A stretch of 64,000 bases of DNA from positions 248,001 to 312,000 of the forward strand of contig NC_134031.1 in assembly GCF_964204645.1 (NCBI RefSeq). The letters are read 5' to 3'. This document shows, in pieces, positions 23,374 through 36,531 of the stretch. Within the stretch, counting starts at the first letter, position 1, and each line of letters starts with the position of its first letter. The position numbers were made by a program, and so were the translations under genes. This DNA comes from Tubulanus polymorphus (Eukaryota > Animalia > Nemertea). The notes below the pieces were generated by a model that had not been told where the DNA came from, ran no database searches, and saw only the letters and a list, made by a program, of their open reading frames with translations.

Positions 23374-23882
23374 ATTCTATATATTTTAGATTGAATAAAT
23401 AAATTCTTGTAGAATAAATAAAATAGTTAATTTTCGCTGTTTAAACTCATGGAAAAGTCAGTAATTTTGGAAAAAGTCCTCGTAAGTTTGGTGTAAGTCG
23501 ATATGAGTTGTTGTTTTGTAGTTTGTGTGTGTTTAGATCTACTCTCAGTATTGGACAGATGGTTGTCAATTTATCTATAGACATTTTGTTTCTTTATGTC
23601 CTTCTCAGAATCATCTTTTGTTTGCGGTCGAAGCGACAAGAAAAAAAGATCAACGTTGATAGAGAATATAGGCCGTTTAAACGGTTGTATTTGTGGACGC
23701 TTACTTTGAACTGTAGTTCACAGGGATCTAGTGTCCTAAAAAATCACCCGGCCTCAGACTATTGATTGTCCATTGACGGGGAATAGAATGCTCTTTGTAT
23801 TAATGTGGGCGAGAGATGAGAAGAGAGTTTGTCAGTTTGTACCTGAAAAAGGGCCATCGGCTTCAGAGCCAGTTTAACACTG

Positions 23883-23995
23883 CGCACACCTTCCCATCCC
23901 AGCACGCACACCATTCCATACCCGCACACCATCCAATACCCGCACACCTTCCCATCCCAGCACGCACACCACTCCATACCTGCACACCAGCACAC
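23883..23995. repeat. Degenerate GCACACC-containing tandem repeat
   Basis: GCACACCTTCCCATCCCAGCACGCACACC occurs twice, with related subunits. Confidence 0.75.
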
Positions 23996-25045
23996 AAACC
24001 CATACCGCTATCCCGGGCTCCCGCTGGTTTTAAGGGCACAATCTCCAAGGCTCACAGTTTATGGGGCTGGCTATACTTGGGCTCTTGGGCTAGAGCGGGC
24101 ATCACAGATGAATCCATTCCTGGGCCTCACTGTCTGAGGCTGAGTTATCAGTCCAGTGTTTTAGAATTAAGATTACAGTACTGTTTACTGGTTTTATATA
24201 CTCAACTTGTGCTTTACATTGAAAAAGGCAAAAGACAGAAATGGCTGGAATGACAGATATGACAAACTGATTGTGTCCAACTTCAATATAATCTCAGATT
24301 GTATCAGATGCTCTAAAATCTGTAAAACCAGGAAATGTCTAATTATTGAGGGTCAGTGATTTTACTTTGTGCGGCTTCATTTTTATAACCGTTTAAAAGA
24401 AAATTCCATTAACCGAAAACTTGAGCGGAACAGCAGACAGAGAGATAGTGCGTGAGTGACCGACGGGTCGACTGTGGCCCCCGGGTACCAGTCCAGGTAC
24501 CAGTCCAGGCCCAAACCAGTCCATTACAGGTCACATACACAGTCTGACTATAGAAGATGAACACAAATAAAACTCGGTGTTTTTAACAAGTTTTAAAAAG
24601 CAGCATTTTAAGAGATGAATAGAAATCTGGTCTCGTCGGTTCAGGAATCGGCGGTCCGCTTTTATTCTATAACTCGAGCTCGTCGACAATGACACGCGAT
24701 TTTCGAGACAGCGTTTCAGACTTTGCGGCCAAATATTAGCCCGGAGGATTCCGTGAAGATAACGACTCGATTCGACTTGACGGACGGTTCAGAGATGCGT
24801 ACAATGCTTCTACCCCCGAGGCAACCCTCCCTCCCCTTATACCACACCTGCCCGGATAATCACATTTAAATATCAATGAAAAGATGCTGTCGCGATTGTG
24901 TTTAGGTCAATTTTCAGGTCGCGTGAACAACAAAAAAACCGCGGCACATTTTATTCTAAATCCGTGTCGTCACTAATCATTGCGATGCTGTAGATACGAG
25001 AAATAATCGTGAGAATCTTACATAAAGACCCACGGGATTCCGGGA

Positions 25046-25317
25046 GCCTCCCCCCTCACCCCAGTGACACCTGGGAATTACCGGTGCCTCCCCCCTCACC
25101 CCAGTGACACCTGGGAATTACCGGTGCCTCCCCCTCACCCCAGTGACACCTGGGAATTACCGGTGCCTCACCCCTCACCCCAGTGACACCTGGGAATTCC
25201 CGGTGCCTCCCCCTCACCCCAGTGACACCTGGGAATTCCCGGTGCCTCCCCCTCACCCCAGTGACACCTGGGAATTCCCGGTGCCTCCCTCTCACTCCAG
25301 TGACACCTGGGAATTAC
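25046..25317. repeat. 39-bp minisatellite, about 7 copies
   Basis: Unit GCCTCCCCCTCACCCCAGTGACACCTGGGAATT(A/C)CCGGT. Confidence 0.95.
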
Positions 25318-25450
25318 CACTGACAGTTTTTGTAAGAAATTTCTCAACCAAAAAAAAAGGAAAAAGCTACCGTCGAAAATACAATCTGCTGGGACCAGAC
25401 TAGATCGGCCACAACACTAACCTACTAGCCAGTTACCCTTACTCGCTAGA

Positions 25451-25616
25451 AACCCTAACCCTAGCGGCCGTAACCCTAACCCTAGCAGGACTCGAACCTG
25501 CGATCTCCAGCACCTCAGCACAGCGTGCTAACCACCAGACCATAGATCAGTGGTGACTGACCGAGTTTGTAAGTTTGTCTGGTCAGTGTGGGTGACTGGT
25601 GACCAGTCAGTTGTGG
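25451..25616 (-). mobile_element. Dispersed repeat with a tRNA-like segment and TTAGGG units (SINE-like), copy 2
   Basis: TGGTCTGGTGG A-box-like sequence and a perfect T-arm GCAGG-TTCGAGT-CCTGC, followed by TAGGGTTAGGG twice. Confidence 0.65.
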
Positions 25617-25789
25617 AATGACACTAACAATACCTGTGATATAGTTCTTTAATTTTTCCCGAAGGTCAGGCATTTTTATCTCTAAAGTTTAGTAATTGAA
25701 TTAATCAGGTTGGTATAGTATTAGATAACACGTAATCAAGTTTTCTATCTGAACAAAAAGAGGCCTCAGGGACTGGAGGTACAGATACA

Positions 25790-25921
25790 GATGCCCCCTG
25801 GCGGTGGCCCGCTTCCAGATCTCCTGGAGAGGCTTACTTCCGGCCCAGTTCACCCGTCTCATATCTAACTTATCTAACCAGATCCCGGTAGGGGGCACTG
25901 TACCGACACCAGGGGGCGCTG
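25790..25921. promoter_or_regulatory. Cluster of three CTCF-consensus motifs
   Basis: CCGCCAGGGGGCATC (-), CCCGGTAGGGGGCACTG (+) and CACCAGGGGGCGCTG (+). Confidence 0.5.
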
Positions 25922-26973
25922 TTGCCGCGATAGTATCACAATGAGGCTCATTACCTGTCACTGTGCTTGAATCATCAAATTTCAATAAGATTAATCTAAT
26001 TAAAGCCTCGTTTTAATTATCGATTATCTCAACGGATTACATTCTATGGATATGTTTAAAGGATTCTGACATTTGAGATCTCAAAATTCCCAATGTCTCG
26101 GTAAATACGCAATGAGTTCCATCGCCTGAAAACCGTTAGAAATTTAAATTCGAATTTGTTTTTGTCTCCTAAAATGACGGTTGGTTACGTGCGCATGCGG
26201 AGTCTCGGTTTCGTAACAAACAAAAAAAAAGAAACTCTGCACAGCGCGGTCTAATTTGCATATTGTGTCCTCGCGACAACAAAACAATCATTTATTGTTG
26301 GATGTCGTTTGGCTTGAGAATCACTCCAAGGTCATCCTTTATCAGTATCAGTGTTGTAAAATGAACTTCTCTCAGTTCATTGTCTCTGCTGGTAAACCGA
26401 AGAAAAATATCTGTACTTTAAGAAAAAAAAACATATTAGGTATAAAAGATAGCGGTACAAGAATTTCATGAAAATTAACAGAATTTTGTTTAGAATTTAG
26501 AAAATGTATTTTTCAAACTTTTTTAACTTAGCCAATTTCAACATCGACCTGGTGTAGGGAACATGTATCCCAGGATTCGGAGCTTAAAGTACCTACTGTT
26601 TCTCTGAGAACCCATTGAGGTATCCTCAGTTGCCGGTAGATTCCCGGCGGATCCCCCCGCGGCCGCTGACATTGAATAGAAGTAGTTTTTGTTGTAATTG
26701 ATACAATAGACAGAATTGACGTGTCCTCTAAATGTTAAAATCACGAATGTCCAAGATTTCCTTTATTTACCTGGTCTGTGACCTGGCCTCAATCAATAGT
26801 TCTTGTCCTTTTGTGAGTGTTAAAAATCATCGCTGAGATTTTTGACCCTAAGGAGAAGTTACTATTCATTCATTTTGACGGCCATCCTAATTTTTTTCCT
26901 TTATATTTCGCCGCTGAGGCCGCAGTCTGTTCAAACCGGGTTTCAAAAAGCCGCTGGCCAAAGTCATTAGAAG

Positions 26974-27009
<36 letters not shown>

Positions 27010-28584
27010 CGAATTCAACTAGTGGACGACTTTTTTTCGGCCGTTCGCCACAAAAGGATTTTCACGAAATTAGATAGAATAGTAATTGATGCTTGAACAA
27101 TTGGCTTCTTATTTTTGCCACCTGAGTAAGTTTCAATAGTGACAATCACCAGGGAAAGAAAGGCCGCGCCGACCGACCGACCAGCCGACACAGCTAACTC
27201 AGAGATCTTTTTTGCTCAGATTTCGAATCTGATGTCGTCGCTCTGTTTTGTAAAGGGCTCTATTGTAATGTCTCAGTCTATCTTGTCCATTGTATATTAT
27301 TTTACACTGATATCTCACTCGTCGCCGCTTCAGGGAATATTGCGCCATTGTATGGGGTTTATTTGGACCGGGTTGCGGGTGAGGGGAGTAGATTCAACTC
27401 CCTCCCCTCTCACATGGACGACCAGTCACCTGGTTTTATTTCCTTTTTTGTTTTAAATTTGATTTGGACGTATGCGTTATAATATTTTTCACCCATGGTC
27501 CTAGAGTTGGACCTCTATGGACCACTATGGGCCTCTATTGGCCGCTCTGAAGGTAATGAAAAAGCACTGGACACATAAAACTTAACATGAAAATTAAATT
27601 GAAACTGAATGTTTTATTTTATTGTGTTATTTTGTAAGCGAGTTCTCAGATTCTCCACGGCTCAAAAAAACTGATCTAACTCATTCTAAGTTGATTTTAG
27701 ATTGACTACTTTAAGTGAAAATTAAATTGTTAAACCCTCTCTTGTGAAACTGGATCGGCCACAGTAAGCCAGGTCTCCAGGTCGGTTCAGATCGACCCAT
27801 CGGTCAAACTCTGATACACGTGATTGTCCCGTATCTGTTCAGAAATAACATTCATAAACTAAATCGTGATTAACTCATAACAATAGATACAATTATCATT
27901 CACAACTTCGGAACTTTTAAGTAGAATTTAATTGGCTCCACCACCATTTATAAGATGACCCGTAATTCACCCTATGACCAGTCGAGTTTGTTCACTGTTA
28001 TTTTCACGGATTTCTCAAATTCTTTATCAATCAATTTCTTCACTTTCATTTCATGAACCCGTGTCACATTTACCTGCGAGCCTCTAAACTTATATTTTAT
28101 TTTACTGTAACGAATATATTATTAAAAGTTCTTTTTTGTCAAAATCTCAATATTTCGATGAACTTTAAATTTCGCTGATTTCGCTGATGGGTCAGACGTC
28201 AGAAGTAAATCGTCTGTCACGTGAAATCAATAGTTTGTCGTCGCATTCAATGGAGTCACATTCAACAGTTGTTCAAACGATGTTCTTTTACACGTTTTCA
28301 GACAAATTTCTGATTGTTATTTTGAATAGTATCGCTATCTATGTCTACTTCAGTTTTATATTGTTATATACTTCCTTCCTCCTGAAGGAATATTGAAGGT
28401 TTTATAACGACGCCCAACTGAGATTCAAATCCGCGATTACATTTCGGGCTTGAAAGAATATCATCAACATCTATGACTGAGACGAGAAGATACACAATAT
28501 CCGTGTAAGATGATAACGAGAGAAATCCCACAATCCCACAATTCAACCAAAATGAGAAACTTGAATAGAAGAGTTTATATATTT

Positions 28585-28626
28585 GCGCAACGTTTCGGCT
28601 AAAGATTATTAGCCATCATCAGGCGT
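28585..28626 (-). ncRNA. Minimal type-I hammerhead ribozyme motif, second family
   Basis: The minus strand reads CGC-CUGAUGA-U-GGCUAA(UAAUCU)UUAGCC-GAA-ACGU-U-GCG. A degenerate inverted copy lies at 28647-28691. Confidence 0.62.
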
Positions 28627-30408
28627 ACTGGTGAGACGCTAATGTTCGCCTGATGATGGTTTATAATCTTTAGCCGAAATGTTGTGCAAATCTCGTTATC
28701 AACATCTATAATTTGTACATATAATTTACAAGTTTGGCTTCAAACCTGAATGAATAATGATGAAGTTTAGAAACATTTTAATCTATCGTAAGACACTCGC
28801 GTGCACAGTCGTGAGTTCAGATAATTTGAGATGATCTTTAGTTAAGACTGGTTTGAGTTTAGGAACTAAGACGGTATTAGATCTAAAATGAACATTCCGG
28901 GTTAAATAAACCTTGGAGTAGTTATCATTTCGACAAGATGATTAAAGCTAAGGATAATGATAAGATATAGCCTCACCCATCCAGGCTCAGTCTGCTGACT
29001 GGTATTCATTTAATTCTGGGACTCATGAATTGAATCCTGCTGCAATAATTCCGATGATGCTTGAATAGACACATATTTTCTAAGCGCTTTTAGATAAAAA
29101 TGTTGTGATTATCAATAAATCTTTTCATTACAAAAAAAATTATTAGTTTTTTTATGTGATTTGTTTAATAACGAGAGCGGTCGGTATGAAGGGAGTAGGC
29201 CACAGCTGTAGGTCTCTCTCTCTCTCGCTGTCTCTGTGTAAAACCGGCTGATTTGTTTTTTCAGTTTGTTGAAGTTTTTTGTCATCAAATTTTTGATATT
29301 AATTAATATTTTGATCGATGGGTTGTGAATAATGACTCCACACAGACCCACTGTCTCGGAGCTCGTAAAAATCACTAACAACAATAGCAGAATTCGTCCT
29401 CTGGAAATTATTCGTTTCAACATGGACTCGTTTTAACATGGATTCGTTTTAACATGGATTCGTTTTAGAGTCAATGGTTTAAAGTTATTTTGACCTACAA
29501 CTTAAATTTGGTCCACATTATTTTCAAATAAATCTGACTTCGTCAAAATAAGTTGCAAAGTCTAATAAGAACCATCGACAACCAACGTTTTACATTAAAA
29601 CAATCTCAAAGCTTTTTACAAAATATGTATTTATTCTTAACCTCGCGATTAGAGCATATTTTGACAACTGTGCAACTGGGTTCATCAGTTCCACAGTTGG
29701 CAGATTTTAAGCGGTATTTCTTTGAGTGAAAATCAATTGGCGTTCAGAGTGAAAGTTCCGAGTTAAGCTGATATAGCTGGCACAGACACCATGCACGTAT
29801 CCCATTCACGCGTTTAATATTCAATATTATCGCTTTCCTTTTGTTTGACGGCTACAAATTACGCGCACCAAAAAAAGACATAAATTTGATGAATCAAATA
29901 TCAAAGGTTCTGAAACAAATAACGACAGAGTTTGTTGTATGTCAGCAGCAGGTGTACTCAACGAGCTATCCGCACAAAAACCACTATATACATATACTGC
30001 CGATACATATTAAATCAATTGTTGGCAGCAACAGATGATGAGTCGGCGGCGCTGTGTGTGGATTGGAAGCAGTGTGTGAATCTATGGAGGGATACAAACT
30101 ATAGGGTACCCCCGGTCCAGCCCGGCGGCCGCGGCGCGCAACATGTGTCGTGTTATAAATCAGATATGACACGTGTGCCTCTTGTCACCTACATACAACC
30201 ATTAACTTTCATACAATAAAAAAGACACGATTCAATTAATTTATTACCGTTGGTTTTTTGTAATTTGTTCATTCAACAGTCACGTATCGCATTGATACAT
30301 AAACGTGTGACATCAGCTGTGATACATTGATCTCCTCTTTCCCATCACTGTATATACAGCTTAACATAACCAGCCCTTCTTCAGTGGGCGCATCCAGGCC
30401 GGGTCAAA

Positions 30409-30714
30409 TCTCTCCTCTCTCCTCTCTCCTCTCTCTTCTCTCCTCTCTCATCTCTCCTCTCTCCTCTCTCCTCTCTCCTCTCTCCTCTCTCCTCTCTCCT
30501 CTCTCCTCTCTCCTCTCTCCTCTCTCCTCTCCTCTCTCCTCTCTCCTCTCTCCTCTCTCCTCTCTCCTCTCTCCTCTCTCCTCTCTCCTCTCTCCTCTCT
30601 CCTCTCTCCTCTCTCCTCTCTCCTCTCTCCTCTCTCCTCTCTCCTCTCTCCTCTCTCCTCTCTCCTCTCTCCTCTCTCCTCTCTCTCCTCCTTCCTCTCT
30701 CTCCTCTCTCCTCT
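30409..30714. repeat. (CTCTCCT)-type polypyrimidine satellite
   Basis: Visible directly in the sequence. Confidence 0.95.
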
Positions 30715-30900
30715 AAAGATGTGGAAATGTCCTTTAGACTTTATTGATTAAGGTGTCACCTTTGATAAAGTTTATTCGCTACCCTGGCTCAGACTCAGAC
30801 TCATGGGGGTTCAGATGGCTTTGTTTATTTCACAACTTAAGCAAAACCTTGAACTTTCCGAACTTTAATTTATAACGCCTTAAGATTAGTTGGGACTCAG

Positions 30901-30938
<38 letters not shown>

Positions 30939-33900
30939 GCTGAGGGCAAACTCTGGCCTTGAGTTCGTTTCTGATCGGATTACACTAATTTACACGCTTC
31001 ATTAACCCGGGCACTGGTCACAACACGTGATCGCATCGACCAATCAGCGCTGCGGTTTATAGTGTGTTCATGAAAATAATAAACAAAGCAATGACGTCAC
31101 ACATTGTGGTAATATTTTCCGGACAATGGTGGTAGATTTTATAGTGCGTTACTAATAACTGTTGATGAAGTGTAGATTGTTTTCGGTGACCGTGAATTTG
31201 ACTCCAGAAACCGCAAACTGTTTTTTAAATTGGAATTTAATCTCAGGACTCGGCGGTAAACATAGAAGGGTCTGAATCTGTCACATTGATTTATAGATTA
31301 TTAGATTCGAATAGTAACGATTATTTTCTAGTGAAAAATGATTGTAATCCGTAATCCGTGTGAGGTGAGGCCTGGATCGGTGTCCTGTCGGTATCCTGTA
31401 TATGCGAATCCGAAAAGAGGATGATTTTTGTCAGTTTGGTTCAAAAACCATCTCAACAAAGGCTCGTTCTATAAACACAGTTTACAAATAAATAGAAAAA
31501 ATCATCACTGAGCCATCATCAGTGGCCGCGTGAGATGGGTTTGTGTTATTGGAAGATGTTTGAATGAAGCGGTCATTAATTTGAGATAATCCTGGCGGAT
31601 ATGAGCCCGATTCGAGTCTCACTGTCGCCATGAGGTGTTTACATTTACGCCTCGCTTTTGTCATCGTAGAAACCAGAACACAATCGAGCTGGTTTTTGTG
31701 ACGGGTTGAGATTTTGCCCAAAGAAGCGAATTTGTGTTGTCTGTGCAGAAAGGACTAAAAAATGGTCGTATATTAAAGGCTGCAGAGTTGTGATGTTTAA
31801 ATGGTACATCAAAACCGATTGTATTGGAATGGTGTTTATTGTGTTATATCCCCGTTCAATAGCTGTCTTTTTATCGCTAGAATTCTTTATAAACAAGACG
31901 ACGACACTACGGTAGTGTGTCCGTCTCATACGTGCGGGTCATGAGTCCCGCGTTCACATAGAGATAACTCACTAAATATTACCATTAATTCTCTCATTAA
32001 ATCATCATACTGTTCACACACGATATGCTCGCTTATAATTAGTATAATTGTGAATTGTTTCTAAAGAACTGCGTTAAGATTGATCAAATTCAAAGTATAC
32101 CAATCAAATAAATAACGGGATCAATCCTTATTTTAAGATAGAAAAAGATAAGTCTCATTGATGTGATGTCGTCCCTATTTTTGAGTCTCAATTTGTGTTT
32201 CCAATATCAATGTTGTAAATGAAAGTGGTTATTTGTATAAGTCATTGACACCTATACTGATCGCGAATATCAATGTATCATCTTTAATTCCTTGAAATGT
32301 ATTTTGATCAAACAGTTTTATCGGCGCCACACTTAATTAGACTCCACTGTTAATCATGCAGTTTAGTTTTTCTAAAATTAATGGATCCTTCCGATCATCG
32401 CATCAGTGTCGAGTTCGACTTAACTGTGAATCAGAATCTGTTGAATCTGTGAAACTCAATCTCGAATTTGATTCATAAGGAATGTTTTTTTTTTTAGATC
32501 AGTGTAATAAATATATCTATTAATGGAATATTTTAAAACTTGACGCAGCAATTGAATAGAAACACGGCTCGGTTGTAGTTATAACGAGTCCCGTTAAACA
32601 GCCACTCTCAGCCTGTATTTTATCTATTCTATAACACCGTCAATATCATTCATTATTGTCTGTTCAACAGATATTCTAATTCTTTAGCTGTTATAATTTA
32701 TAACCGCTTCTCGATTCGTACTGATCGACGACAACATTTTAATTAAATTTCGAATTAAATTCGTGTGATATTTTGATTTAAACCGACACGCACCTTGTCT
32801 ACAGGTGTCGAATGTGACTCCTCCAAAACGCATTAAATTCTTTTTCCGACGCTTCTGCGATCATTAAATTTTTTCGGGGCTGGAATCATAAAATACATAT
32901 ATATCTGTATGGTGAGGATTTAATGAGTTCCTGATTTATATCGTCAGCAAAATACGCGATAAAAAGGTGTTAAAACTGTTGAATGAAATATTGTCTCTTT
33001 TTGTTCGAGCTGAATTTATTTCACTCTCGAAGAAAATGAGGCAATTATTCAGTAAACGACACCGAGACGAGTTTAAAATATATTCTAAACTGTTTTATGT
33101 AGAGTTTTATTTCAACTTAGAATTCTCAGAATCGTGATAAACAGAGTTGAATAGTCTGTACGAAACCTTGTAATCAGATCAGTAACGTTTTAAATATGTT
33201 CTTTTAAACTGACACTTAACGCTTCGTCGTGTTACACTCAAGAAGGTCCAAGTGCATTCATCACAACTCATAGAATTCCAATAAAACGACAAAAAGTTTA
33301 GTTTTTTTTCTCATTGATGATGATGATGATGATGTAATTTCATATTTTCGGGTTGACAAAAAGACAACACCTTGAATATAAAATGATACAAAAACTGAGA
33401 AACCCCAAGGCCCATATATAGCAGTCACAGTCGTGTGTTAAGTCTAAAAGTGGTGAAATCTTTAGTCTAATGCTGTTTGATAGAATTAGGGTTTTATGAT
33501 CGAACTTAGTGATGACTGACTTTATAACTGGTCAATGAACTCACAAATGGTTGTTGAACTGGTATATCACTGAGTCAATATTAATCCCTCACGCCCTCAC
33601 ATACCCCTCACGCCCTCACATACCCCTCACCCCCTCACATACCCCTCACGCCCTCGTTGTTTTTATTTAAGGTGCTTATATAGAATTAAGATAAGATATT
33701 TTATTTACACTCGGAAATGACTGCGTTTATGAAAAATGTGTCCTACATCGGGATTAAATTCTTATCACTCTCGTATCGAATACACCCATGACACGGTAAG
33801 TGAATGTCTGATCAGAAATATCTATTCATATTGAATTGTCAACATTTGTCCTCTTATGTCGAAGACATGTTTAGCATAATCAATGTACATATTAAATAGG

Positions 33901-34826
33901 AAATATGTTCCGCTATGCCTGGAATTACTAATTATTTGTCACTCGGTTCAAATACATGTTATATTTCTATTGACTATTCGCTTTTGTGGAAATAAATCTT
34001 TAGACTGAGAAAGTCGCGCCACAGGACAATTTACCTTTTAATTCACGCAGTTATTCTACGGTTAGTTATAGATAAAGTGAAAACTTTACTTTTTAAACAG
34101 ATTTTCATCGAGATGTATTTTAAGGCAAACGGCTTTAATACGCAGTGGATAGAGTGGAATATAAATAATTCTATTTGTAAATGTCTTCTGATTTTCGCCT
34201 CACAGTAACCCGTCCCTCCCGTCCTATACGCCAGTGTCTGGTGGTAGCTGAAGACAGTACAATTTCCATATTTATGGAATAAAAATGAATTTCATTACGG
34301 TCATTGTAGCAGAAATATTTAAGAGTAATTTTTATGTAATCTTGGGATCGTCTGCACAGTTATATCATATATAGTTGAGACAGGTCTAAGACCATATTCG
34401 ACTCTACAGTCAACCAGGGAAACACTTCTCTGAGTCAACCTACAACTTAAGACCGATCTCGTTATTTAAAATCCCTTTCCGTGGTGCTGTGAATTCTAGG
34501 TGTTTGAGTAAATCCTAAACCACCTCGCTTTGATACAAGAAATCTCACCCAGACACTAAACTGAAAAGAATAAATTAGTAACTGTTTGATATTGAGTGAT
34601 ATTTTGATTTATACAATGACTAGAGATGTACCGGGTATGAATAGAGTTATAGACGGCACACGGGACCCGCACACGACCTGGCGCCCCCCACCGCACACCC
34701 GACTTAACACACAGACTTTTACATAATACTATCGCTCACACGCTAATACATCCACACAAAATGTCCTTATTTAAATCTAAATGATGATAGTTCTATTCAA
34801 TTTTTTTGAACAGTGAAATTCTCTCT

Positions 34827-35024
34827 AGTATGAGAGTAAACGGTTTGTAGGTTGCAGGCCCTGGTAGTATGAGGGTAGCCGGTTTGTAGGTTGCAGGCCC
34901 TAGTACTATGAGAGTAGCCGGTTTGTAGGTTGCAGGCCCTGGTAGCATGAGAGTAGCCGGTTTGTAGGTTGCAGGCCCTGGTAGCATGAGGGTAGCCGGT
35001 TTGTAGGTTGCAGGCCCTGGTAGT
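34827..35024. repeat. 39-bp minisatellite, 5 copies
   Basis: Unit TAGTATGAGAGTAGCCGGTTTGTAGGTTGCAGGCCCTGG. Confidence 0.95.
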
Positions 35025-35768
35025 GGGCTGCGGGCTACGGGCTTGAAGATTATCAATTCACGTTTTGATGGACCTAAGCCGGGTCTAATCTTTTAGAGCC
35101 AGTCTCTAAAATACCCAGAAATACTTGCTACAAATGCATAGATATGATTGTATTAACTGCAGTTTGACATTAGTGAAATTGTTATTGTATTTTACGGACC
35201 TGTTTTAACAGTTAAACGTCTGTGAATGAATAAGAACAATGACCCCCTTTCACCCCCCTCCCCCGCTCTCTCCCTCTCTCTCTGTCAATCAATGTTTATT
35301 CATGAGCATTGTTATCAAAGTGTTAGAAGTGTGCTGATGATGTAATAAATAAAACAGGTTGTTTTCCTGAGGATATTGGATCTGATTCGATCAACTCACA
35401 GAGAATGTTCGCATGTCTAGTTATATAACCCTCTCACCCCTCCCTCTCTAGAGGTTCACGTCTGTTATCAAGTCAGGAATCTGTTATTTTTCGTTTAGCT
35501 GGAAAGTGTCACCAGATTCCACAAATATTTCTCACCTTTACATGAAAACCGATTTGAATAAGAATTGCCAATTTCGCTTATTTCACAATGTGATAGAAAC
35601 AGCTAAAATCTGAGAATCTAAATTTCGATATTTCTCTCGTCAGTCGATTTTAGAATTCTATTTTGGAGATTATCAAATTCCATTCTGATATTCGAATATC
35701 TTAAACTTGCTTCGCTAGCTTATTGTAGGTTATGAAAATCAGTGCAATAAGAACGTGCTACAAGATGA

Positions 35769-35917
35769 GATTGAGATATCATCTACAGTGATATTGAGGT
35801 ATCATCTACAGTGATATTGAGATATCATCTACAGTGATATTGAGATATCATCTACAGTGATATTGAGGTATCATCTACAGTAATATTGAGATATCATCTA
35901 CAGTGATATTGAGATAT
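35769..35917. repeat. 23-bp minisatellite, about 6 copies
   Basis: Unit GATATTGAGATATCATCTACAGT. Confidence 0.93.
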
Positions 35918-36217
35918 TTATAAAGCTTTTGGTTTTCATTGAATAATTGATAAGAAATTCGTGTTGAAATATTTACAGTAACAGATGATTATTATGATTA
36001 TTATTATTATTATTATTATTATTATCAATTGTTTGAGACAATGAAGATTCGGTCACACAGAAAGAACGTTAATATAACGATAAATATCTAGATATATATT
36101 ACTGTAGAAACATCAGTGTATGTTATCTTATACTGACCACACAGCAAATATATACACAGAATATAACACTAACAACATCGCAAATATTTAACATCGAATT
36201 CTACTATCATCCGGATC

Positions 36218-36531
36218 GTGCTGCCATCTAGCGAGTGGATATCGACCAGCTATCCGTCCCCGGGTTAGCTCCACCCCGACGACGCTGATTGGTCGGTGAC
36301 TAATTGAAGTGGAAAATGATGAGTGTGTTGTTGGTGTGTCGTGTTGTGGTTGTACAGTGTCAGTGATTCAGTCTGAAGTCATCACGGAACTCACAGCTAG
36401 CTCTCTCTCTCCTGGCGTCTGGTCGGAGGATCATACTTATCATAATTTCAAACATAACTTATTCATAAACAGACAGAAAACAACTTTCAGCTCGAGAAGG
36501 AGATATCAACACTTAGCTTATCATTACAGAG
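36218..36531 (+). promoter_or_regulatory. Candidate promoter and non-coding first exon of the PRDM16/MECOM-like gene
   Basis: A CTCF-like motif (36218-36234), a GC-rich patch and an inverted CCAAT (CTGATTGG, about 36286) are followed by a strong donor AG|gtaaga at 36531/2. This is inference only. Confidence 0.35.

Noticed and set aside
26538-26744. Short GC-rich minus-strand ORF (MSAAAGGSAGNLP...)
   Set aside because: No recognisable homology and no partner exons were found.
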